From contig JBKBRF010000022.1 of assembly GCA_046292385.1 (NCBI GenBank), positions 1-64,000 of the forward strand: DNA of 64,000 nucleotides, read 5' to 3'. Position numbers and translations under genes: made by a program. Origin of the DNA: Armatimonadota bacterium (GTDB lineage Bacteria; Armatimonadota; SYMT01). Every line of letters starts with the position of its first letter. Position 1 is the stretch's first letter. This document shows positions 56,549 through 64,000 of the stretch, in pieces. The notes beneath the pieces were generated by a model that was not told the DNA's origin, did not search any database, and worked only from the letters and a program-made list of their open reading frames with translations.

Positions 56549-58135
56549 TCACCCACTACTCACCTCCCGCGAGGGAAAGTACCGGTCGATCGTCTTCCGG
56601 CTCGGGGGCGGGGTCAGCAGCGAGACAACCACCACCAGCACGGCGGAGATCACACACATCGGGAGGACCGGCAGGTAGCCGTAGACCGTCACGCTGGCGG
56701 GGCCGCGCAGGAAGAGGTCGCCGAGGGCCGGGAAGATCTGCACCGGCGGCTGGCCGCCCGCGGGGCGCATCGGGTCGCTGAGCGTCTGCAGGTACCAGGT
56801 GCCGAGCACCGCGAAGGTGACCCAGAGCGCGGCGGCGAGGGCGCCCCACTTGGTGCTGCGTTTCCAGAAGAGCGCGGCCAGCATCACCGGGGCCAGGGCG
56901 GCATAGCCGCTGAAGGCGAAGCGGATCGCCAGCTCGAAGATGCCGGCCCGGTCCTTCAGCTGCAGCGCGATGACGTAGGCGGTCAGGGCGATCAGCACTA
57001 CGAAGGCGCGGCCGGTCCAGACCTGCGCCTTGTCGCCGAAGCGCTCTTTGCCGCCGTAGTAGGCGAAGACGTCTTCCGTGAACATCGTCCCGAGCGCCAG
57101 GATCTGGCTGTCGGAGGCCATCACGCACGCCATGATCCCGGCTCCCAGGGCTCCGGCCACCACCGTGTTGGTGTGCTGCGCCAGGAGCTGGATCATGATG
57201 TCGTCCGACTCCCCCGGCTTCAGCCCCGGGATCTGGCTGGCGCCGACCACGCCCAGGTAGACGGCGGGCAGCCAGATGGCGGCGATGCAGAGGGGGTAGA
57301 GGATGACGGTCTTCTTGAAGTGGCCCACCTTCTCCGCCGTCATGCACATGATCGCGATGTGCGGGAACATGATCGAGGAGAGCGGGATGAACATGTAGCT
57401 GAAGAACTCTTCCGGCGTGATCCGCTCGCGGCTCAAGAGCTGCGCGGGCGGCGGCCCGTGCTCCGGCTTGGGGGCGTACTTCAGGCCCTCCATCACCTGG
57501 TCGAAGCCGCCCAGGCTCTTCGCCAGCAGCGTGAGCGCGATGGCGCCGAAGCAGAGGAAGAGCAGCGTCTGGAAGGCGTTCACCCACGCGGTGCCGCGCA
57601 TCCCGCCGAAGAAGACGTAGCTCATCACGACGAGCGCCACGATCCCGCCGCCGACGGCGTAGCTCACCTGCCCGCCGCTGATCGCCTCCAGCGTCTGCCC
57701 GCCGCCCATCACGCCGATGATGATGTACGGCACCAGCATGGCGGCGGTCAGCGCGAAGAGGAAGGTGCCGATCCCGCCGCACTCCCAGCGGTCTCGCAGG
57801 TACTGCACCTGCGTCATGTGGCCGAACCGCTTCCCGAGGCTCCAGAGCCGCGTCCCGATGAAGAAGATCGTCAGCGGGATCACCAGCGCGGAGGAGGAGG
57901 CCATCAGCCCGAAGACGCCGATGCCGCGCTGGTACGACATCCCGGAGCTGCCCAGGATGGCGAACGCGGTCATGTTCGTCCCGAAGAGGGAGAGCAGGAA
58001 GACGACGGGGCCCAGGCTCCGGCTGGCGAGGAAGAAGTCCTCGCCGGACGCCTTGCCGCGGCGGAAGGCGAAGATGCCGATGTAGAGCACCACCGCCAGG
58101 TAGCCGAAGACGATCCACGCGGGGTTGAACGTCAT
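56549..58135 (-). CDS. Sodium:solute symporter family protein
   Basis: [35 protein letters not shown]; many TM helices. Confidence 0.93.
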   Translation of the reverse strand: MTFNPAWIVFGYLAVVLYIGIFAFRRGKASGEDFFLASRSLGPVVFLLSLFGTNMTAFAILGSSGMSYQRGIGVFGLMASSSALVIPLTIFFIGTRLWSLGKRFGHMTQVQYLRDRWECGGIGTFLFALTAAMLVPYIIIGVMGGGQTLEAISGGQVSYAVGGGIVALVVMSYVFFGGMRGTAWVNAFQTLLFLCFGAIALTLLAKSLGGFDQVMEGLKYAPKPEHGPPPAQLLSRERITPEEFFSYMFIPLSSIMFPHIAIMCMTAEKVGHFKKTVILYPLCIAAIWLPAVYLGVVGASQIPGLKPGESDDIMIQLLAQHTNTVVAGALGAGIMACVMASDSQILALGTMFTEDVFAYYGGKERFGDKAQVWTGRAFVVLIALTAYVIALQLKDRAGIFELAIRFAFSGYAALAPVMLAALFWKRSTKWGALAAALWVTFAVLGTWYLQTLSDPMRPAGGQPPVQIFPALGDLFLRGPASVTVYGYLPVLPMCVISAVLVVVVSLLTPPPSRKTIDRYFPSREVSSG

Positions 58136-58362
58136 GCCGGCCGCTCCCCGCCCTCGCCGACCGTTTCCGCCACTTCCAGCTCGCGCGGCCAGGCGAAGCG
58201 GACCAGCACCCACATCAGCGCCGAGGCGAGCAGGCAGTAGGCGAAGTGATAGGCGAGGCCGATCGGCAGGAAGCCGAAGACGAGGGTCTTATCGGTCCAG
58301 AGCCAGGTGTCCTGGTGCAGCAGGATCACCCCCAGCACCAGAAAGCCGAGCAGCCACTTCAT
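58132..58362 (-). CDS. DUF3311-like small 2-TM SSS partner protein
   Basis: [25 protein letters not shown] overlap with the SSS gene. Confidence 0.8.
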   Translation of the reverse strand: MKWLLGFLVLGVILLHQDTWLWTDKTLVFGFLPIGLAYHFAYCLLASALMWVLVRFAWPRELEVAETVGEGGERPA

Positions 58363-58414
58363 AACGCCAGTCCTCGCGCTCCACCGCCCGCGCGTGCCGT
58401 TCGCGAGGGAGCAA

Positions 58415-59959
58415 TCACTCCGGCAGCTCCTCCGCCTTCGGCTCCGGCAGCCAGAAGCTGGTCACGAGCCCGATCGCATAGACCGAGAAAGCGACGATCG
58501 CGGCGGCGACCGCCAGCTTCTCCGGAGCCGTGTTCCCCGGCACCACGTTAGCGAGCTGGGTGGTGACCAGCGCGGCGGAGGTGCCGAGCATGCGCCCGCC
58601 AATGTTCGCGGCGAAGCTCTCGCCGGTGCCGCGGAGGTGGGTCGGATAGACGCGCGGCAGGTAGTTGCCCCAGAAGCTGAACTGCGCCACCGTCAGCACC
58701 CCCGCGAGGGCGGCGCCGATCGTGAACAGGCTCAGGTTGTCCCGGCCGGGGAAGTAGAAGACGAGCGGGATCAGGATGAGGCCGGGGATCTGGAAAAGCC
58801 GCAGCAGGTTCCCGCGGCTGGCGATCAGCACCGCCAGCGCCGCCAGGATCATGCGCCCCACCAGGCCGCCCATCTCCTGGGCGAACTGGACGCTCGCCAC
58901 GTTCGTCTCGGTCTTCTCCCGCACCTCGGCGCCGACCTTCGGGAGCTTCCCGATGATCGCGTCGACCTGCTCCGCGGGCAGCGCCGCGAGCTGTGGGATG
59001 GCACGGACCGCGTCCGGCTGCTGCGGGGGAGGCATGCGCGCCGCTTCCCCGAGCTGGCGCATGGCGGCGGGGCGGGCCTCTGGCGGAAGCTGCTGCAGCT
59101 CGGTCATCTCCGCGCGCATGATGGCGCGGTTCTGGTCGAGCACCTGCGGCAGGCCGGGCACGATGCGCGGGATGTGCTGGATCGCGCCGAAGGCGGCGCC
59201 GTAGCTGCACGCCATCAGGATGGTGGTCACGATGGTGGTGCGGCGGAACGCCGGCTGGAACAGCTCGCCGATGCTGGGACGCCGCAGCGTGCCCGCCGCC
59301 TTCTTGGCCGCCCACGCGGGCGACTCCGGCAGGAACGGCCGGATGATCATCAGCGGCAGCGCCGGGATCACGCCGGAGATCAGGGTGTAGCGCCACGCCT
59401 GGTGGTCGCCGTGGATCGCGGGGAGCGAGTCGGCGTAGAGGACTGCCAGCCCGTAGGCGGCGGTGACCATCACTCCGCCCAGCGAGGAGGCCGCCTGGGT
59501 CCAACCGAGCACCGCCTCCCGCTGCCGCCCGTGCGGGAAGAGCTCCGCGATCCAGGCTACCGCCGCCACGAACTCCACGCAGACCCCGATGAAGGTGGTG
59601 GTGCGGAAGAAGAGCAGCATCGGGATCGACGTAGCGAAGCCGGCCGCCATCGCGGAGAAGGCGTAGAGCAGGATGCTCCAGACCAGCACCTGTCGCCGCC
59701 CGAACCGGTCGGTCAGGTAGCCGCCCAGGAGTCCGAAGACGCCGCCGAAGAGCGCGGGGACGTAGAAGAGCATCCCCACCCACCGGTTAAACTCCGCCGA
59801 GCCCGGCTGGATGCCGCCGAGATCCATCAGCGCGGGCCGCACGATCAGCGGCAGCATCAGCAGCTCATAGATGTCGAACGCGAAGCCGATGGCAGCGACG
59901 ACACAGATCAGCCACTGCGTCGTGGTAAGCCGGGGAGCAGCCTGGGGTGACTCGGACAT
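58415..59959 (-). CDS. MFS transporter
   Basis: GYLTDRFGRR motif A, YPTHLRGTG; central soluble insertion. Confidence 0.92.
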   Translation of the reverse strand: MSESPQAAPRLTTTQWLICVVAAIGFAFDIYELLMLPLIVRPALMDLGGIQPGSAEFNRWVGMLFYVPALFGGVFGLLGGYLTDRFGRRQVLVWSILLYAFSAMAAGFATSIPMLLFFRTTTFIGVCVEFVAAVAWIAELFPHGRQREAVLGWTQAASSLGGVMVTAAYGLAVLYADSLPAIHGDHQAWRYTLISGVIPALPLMIIRPFLPESPAWAAKKAAGTLRRPSIGELFQPAFRRTTIVTTILMACSYGAAFGAIQHIPRIVPGLPQVLDQNRAIMRAEMTELQQLPPEARPAAMRQLGEAARMPPPQQPDAVRAIPQLAALPAEQVDAIIGKLPKVGAEVREKTETNVASVQFAQEMGGLVGRMILAALAVLIASRGNLLRLFQIPGLILIPLVFYFPGRDNLSLFTIGAALAGVLTVAQFSFWGNYLPRVYPTHLRGTGESFAANIGGRMLGTSAALVTTQLANVVPGNTAPEKLAVAAAIVAFSVYAIGLVTSFWLPEPKAEELPE

Positions 59960-60102
59960 CGTGATTCTCGCGGAGAGGACGAAGGGAGCGGGTAGTGGGG
60001 CGGGGTTGGTTGCAGGTTTTCAGGTTAGCAGGTTGCAGGTTCACACCACGCGGGGCGCCGGAACCTGGAACCTGCCAACCTGCAACCTGCTAACGAGCGG
60101 CT

Positions 60103-61641
60103 TTACTTACCGATCGCGTAGAGGTGGGTCTGGGTCGCCACGTAGAGCGTGCCGTTCGCCACGATGGGAGAGGAGTAGACCGGCGCGCGCATGTCGATGC
60201 GGCCCAGCTCCTTCATCGTCTTGTCGGCCGCCAGCATGATGATGTCGCCGTCCTCGGTGCCGAAGTAGACCTTGCCGTCCGCCGCCAGGGTGGAGCCCCA
60301 GATGTGACTCTTGGTATCGAAGACCCAGTACGGCTTGCCGGTGTTGGCGTCGAGGCAGTGCACGAAGCCACTGTAGTCGGCGGAGATCACCAGGTCGTTC
60401 ACGATCGATGGCGTGGAGATCGAGCGGGCGATCTTGTCGTAGCACCAGACCACGCCGCTGCCGCTCGCCGCCTTCGCCGGATCGATGCAGACCAGGTTGC
60501 CGACGCCCTCGCCGTGCTCCGGGTCCTGCCCGATGTTGATGAAGACCTTGTTCTTGTAGAAGACCGGCGTGGAGATCACCTCGCTCGGACCATCCGGCAG
60601 CGCGTACTTGATCGGCTTGCCGTCCTTCGTCCGGTAGTGCGGTGGGTTCAGGTCGACCTTCCAGAGCTGCTTCAGAATGTCGAGGCCGTCGTCCGCCTTC
60701 ACCGGGTTCACGTCGTATCCGTAGGCGAAGCCGTCGCCGCCGCCGTAGATGATCTGCCGCTGCCCGTTGACCGTCGCCAGCGTGGGGGACGACCAGTTGC
60801 AGTGCAGGGTGCGGGCGGAGATGCCGTCCGCCTCTTCGGCCATCAGCTCGCCGGTCTGCTTGTTCAGCACCGCAAGGGCCGGCGCCTTGGGGTTCGGGAT
60901 GTTGGTGTGGGTCCAGTCGACGCCGTTGGAAGTCGCCAGCACCACCCGGTCTTCCAGGATCAGCAGCGAGTTGCTGGTGGTGTTGTGCGGGAAGACGCCG
61001 AGCTCTTCGCGCAGGTCGTAGACCCAGATGATGTCCGCGTCTTTCGGGCCGACTTCCATCGCCGGGTTGCCGGGGCCCGCCAGGTACTGGCCTTCCGTCT
61101 TGTAGGGGCCGTCGTTCCCGTTCGCCATCCCGTTCACGTCGAGGCAGATCGCCTCGCAGCGGTTGGTCACCAGGTAGACCCGGTCCCCTTCCACCGCCGG
61201 TGAGGAGCAGATGCCGAGATACTCCCAGTCGCTGACCTTGCCGGTGCCGAGCTTGGGTACGGCAAGCTGCCAGAGCAGCTCCCCGGTCTTCTCGTCGAAA
61301 CACATCACCACGCTGCGGTCGCCGGTCTGCTTCGGGTTGCGCAGGCCTTCGTTGTTGGTGCCGACGAAGACCTTGCCGCCCGCTACGGTCGGGTTGCCGT
61401 ACGACTGCGAGCCGAGCTTGGCCACCCACCGCACGTTCTTGGTGGTGGCCATGTCGATCTCTTCGGTGTTGCCCTTGAAGCGGCCCGGATCCCACTGCTG
61501 CGGGAGCCCGGTCTCGTCCGAGACCATGTTGCGGGAGGAGTCCCGCCCCCACTGCGGCCAGTCGGCCGCGCTGGCGGCGATGGAGAGAGCGCCCAGCGCC
61601 ACCATGGAGGCCACGCCGATCCGCCGGAGCTTCGGTGTCAT
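60103..61641 (-). CDS. PQQ-binding-like beta-propeller protein (exported)
   Basis: Signal peptide, DWPQWG, GSQSYGNP, GICSSP, GQDPEHGEG. Confidence 0.9.
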   Translation of the reverse strand: MTPKLRRIGVASMVALGALSIAASAADWPQWGRDSSRNMVSDETGLPQQWDPGRFKGNTEEIDMATTKNVRWVAKLGSQSYGNPTVAGGKVFVGTNNEGLRNPKQTGDRSVVMCFDEKTGELLWQLAVPKLGTGKVSDWEYLGICSSPAVEGDRVYLVTNRCEAICLDVNGMANGNDGPYKTEGQYLAGPGNPAMEVGPKDADIIWVYDLREELGVFPHNTTSNSLLILEDRVVLATSNGVDWTHTNIPNPKAPALAVLNKQTGELMAEEADGISARTLHCNWSSPTLATVNGQRQIIYGGGDGFAYGYDVNPVKADDGLDILKQLWKVDLNPPHYRTKDGKPIKYALPDGPSEVISTPVFYKNKVFINIGQDPEHGEGVGNLVCIDPAKAASGSGVVWCYDKIARSISTPSIVNDLVISADYSGFVHCLDANTGKPYWVFDTKSHIWGSTLAADGKVYFGTEDGDIIMLAADKTMKELGRIDMRAPVYSSPIVANGTLYVATQTHLYAIGK

Positions 61642-61811
61642 ACTCTGTCTTCCTCGGTGCCCGGTGCCCGCCGACCGATCGGCCTAGCAGCGAGCGGAGA
61701 GTCGTGCTTCTCAAGTGGAAGAGGGTGTAGGGTGTAGGGTCCAGGGTATGGCGGCGGTGCGGCTTCGCCGCGGCTCCGGCCCCCTGGACCCTACACCCTA
61801 CACCCTGGCCC

Positions 61812-64000
61812 CTACTTGTTCGGGGTAACGGAGATGTTGTCTACGTAGACGGAGAACTTGCTCTGCGGCGCGAAGCCGAAGATGCCGGGAGCGCCTTCCT
61901 GGTGCGCATTCTTGTGCGGGACCTCGAGGGTCCACGCCGCCGGCTCCGCGTCGCCCTTCTTCCACACCTTCGCGCGGACCATGCCGGCGCCGTCCGGAGC
62001 CACGTCGACGCGGGTGACCATCCGGTACCAGACCTTCGGCTGCCACGCGAACGGCACCGCCACCTTGAGCCGCTCGTGGTTGGAGCTCACTTCCAGCTCC
62101 TGCGAGTTACCGCTCAACGCGATGGCATACCGCTGGTTGATCAGGCCGATCGTCGACTGGCTCCGCCGGTTGCCGTCCGACATCACGTCCGCTTCCAGGG
62201 TGTAGCTGCGGGTCTCCGGCTGACTAAGGAAGAGCATCGACCGCTGAAAGAGCGGATTGTCCAGCGTCTTTGCCAGCACCTTGTTGCCGTCGATCTCCCG
62301 CACGTCCCACTTGAAGCGGGCGCCGATCCACGGGAGCGGCGGGTAGGCGAACTTCACCGGCGGCGTATCCATCGTCGTCTCGGTGAGCTCCATCCCTTCG
62401 AAGTCCTGCTTCAGCGGGAGGCCCGGCAGGATGCGGCCGCGGAAGGTGCCCTTCAGGTCGCCGACCGTCGCCTGGAACGCCCCCGCGGAGGGGGTGAGCG
62501 CCGCGTCCGCCACCAGCTCGCCCTGCGCGTTGAAGCTGGCGTTCATCTCGGAGCGGACGCGGGCGGTCGGCGGGATGAATTTTGCCCACTTCACCTGGTT
62601 CGCCGGGTAAACGCCGGTCACGACGCCGTTCGCGTCGATCCCACGCACCCGGAACTTCTGCGTCTCACCCGGCCGCAGCGTCACCTCATTCGGGATCACC
62701 TGCAGCGCCACCGCGGGGCCCGGCTTCGGGGCCGCGGCTTCCGGCGCCGGCCGCGGGGGCTGTCCGCCGCTGCGGCTGCCGAAGCAGTAGACCTTCTCGG
62801 TGCTGGTGACGTAGACCTTGCCGTTCCAGACCGCCGGCGCGCCGAGGCACTGCCCCTCGAGCTGCACCTTGGTCAGCTCTTCCACGCCGGTGTCGGTCGG
62901 CTTCAGGATGTAGAACAGGCCGTTGGTGACCGGCACGTAGAGCTTGCCGTCCGCGTAGAGCGGGGAGGCGTGGAGCTCGTCCGGACCGAGCCGGTGCTCC
63001 CACTGGATCTTGCCGGTGTTGGCGTCGACCGCGTAGAGGATGCCCTTGCTCGACATCTGGTAGATGCGGTCACCGACCAGCACGGGCGAGGTCGAAAAGG
63101 CGCCGAGGTTATTGCGCCAGACTTCCGCGCCTTTGTCCAGCACCGGCGTGCCGCCGCCTTCGGCCGGCTTCGCCGCCGCGTTGATGTTGACGGCGATCAT
63201 CCGGCCGATCTCGGAGGTGTCGAGGTTCTCCGCATCGTGGATCGCGATCGCTTTGTCCTTGTGGAGCACGACCGACGAGTTGATCCCACCCGCCGACATC
63301 GGGTACTTCCAGATCGGCTGCCCGGTGCGCACGTTCACGCAGACCAGGTTTCCGCAGCCGGTGCCGGTGTACATCACCCGCTTGCCGTCCTTCCACGCCA
63401 GCAGCGGCGGCGCGAAGGAGTTGTCCTTCGGCCGGTCGCCGGGGGTGGAGGCCCACACGAGATCACCCGTGCGCTTGTCGTACGCGTAGAAGCGGTCCGC
63501 CGCCGGCCCTTCCGCGCCCCAGTTGCTGGTGATGGCGCGGATGATCACCAGGTCGCCGTCGATGATGGCGGAGCCGGTGCGGCCGTTCGGAAAGGTGAGG
63601 CGGCCCAGGTCCTCCATCAGGGAGTGACCCCACTGCCGCTTTCCATCGCCGGAGAAGCAGGCGAACTCACCCGCGGAGCTGAGGACGTAGACGTTCCCGG
63701 TCTCCGGATCGACGGTGGGACTGCCGATCGAGTACCGGTTGTAGATGATGTCGCTCAGGAAGTCGTTGAAATAGTGCGCCCACTGCCGCTGGCCGGTGTT
63801 GGCGTCCATGCAGACGAGCGCCTCGCGCAGGTCCGGCCCGTCGCCCTCGTAGCCGAAGACGTAGAGCTTGCCGTTGGCGACCACCGGCGTGCCGCGGGCG
63901 GCGAGCTTGACATCCCAGAGGTGGTTTTCACCCCCCGGCTTCCAGACCGAGGGCAGGCCCTTCTCGGCGGAGGTGCCGTCCTGCTGCGGCCCGCGCCAGG
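61812..64000 (-). CDS. PQQ-binding-like beta-propeller protein with C-terminal beta-sandwich domain (5' end outside window)
   Basis: Frame stays open to the window edge (WRGPQQDGTS..RGTPVV); multiple propeller blades. Confidence 0.88.
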   Translation of the reverse strand, partial: WRGPQQDGTSAEKGLPSVWKPGGENHLWDVKLAARGTPVVANGKLYVFGYEGDGPDLREALVCMDANTGQRQWAHYFNDFLSDIIYNRYSIGSPTVDPETGNVYVLSSAGEFACFSGDGKRQWGHSLMEDLGRLTFPNGRTGSAIIDGDLVIIRAITSNWGAEGPAADRFYAYDKRTGDLVWASTPGDRPKDNSFAPPLLAWKDGKRVMYTGTGCGNLVCVNVRTGQPIWKYPMSAGGINSSVVLHKDKAIAIHDAENLDTSEIGRMIAVNINAAAKPAEGGGTPVLDKGAEVWRNNLGAFSTSPVLVGDRIYQMSSKGILYAVDANTGKIQWEHRLGPDELHASPLYADGKLYVPVTNGLFYILKPTDTGVEELTKVQLEGQCLGAPAVWNGKVYVTSTEKVYCFGSRSGGQPPRPAPEAAAPKPGPAVALQVIPNEVTLRPGETQKFRVRGIDANGVVTGVYPANQVKWAKFIPPTARVRSEMNASFNAQGELVADAALTPSAGAFQATVGDLKGTFRGRILPGLPLKQDFEGMELTETTMDTPPVKFAYPPLPWIGARFKWDVREIDGNKVLAKTLDNPLFQRSMLFLSQPETRSYTLEADVMSDGNRRSQSTIGLINQRYAIALSGNSQELEVSSNHERLKVAVPFAWQPKVWYRMVTRVDVAPDGAGMVRAKVWKKGDAEPAAWTLEVPHKNAHQEGAPGIFGFAPQSKFSVYVDNISVTPNK

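Overview
High-GC bacterial chromosomal window with about 45 CDS and no rRNA, tRNA or CRISPR detected. The gene content (DUF1501/DUF1549-DUF1553 pair, many PQQ-like propellers, XPB helicase, SigB-type sigma) resembles PVC, Armatimonadota or Acidobacteriota-like soil bacteria, but taxonomy cannot be fixed from this sequence. Left part: Asn-synthetase-like enzyme, TetR, S9 peptidase, DUF1501 plus cytochrome-c/DUF1549 under a ROK regulator, then an atypical GreA, a SigB/F-type sigma factor, ino1, a methyltransferase, a circularly permuted GH-A hydrolase, a PRTase/kinase-like fusion and an MraZ-STAS-like fusion. Middle: rsmI, PPIase, PilT, a heparinase-like protein, an XPB pair, thiD, a HAD hydrolase, a double pseudo-NYN/4x winged-helix protein, AKR, SPFH, an extended RsgA and carbonic anhydrase. 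Right ~20 kb (44478 to beyond 64000): a co-oriented minus-strand cluster that is the best candidate for an undescribed system. It combines a chorismate-lyase-like protein, an EhpF-like adenylating enzyme, an acylating-type ALDH, Fe-ADH, a HemN-like radical SAM enzyme, a GT4, two transporters and four PQQ-type beta-propellers, suggesting biosynthesis or use of an unknown aromatic cofactor or metabolite. Intergenic DNA holds a MITE with a CAAG target duplication, REP-like doublets, an IS200/RAYT-like tnpA and inverted heptamer arrays. All family calls come from motif recognition by eye, not database searches.
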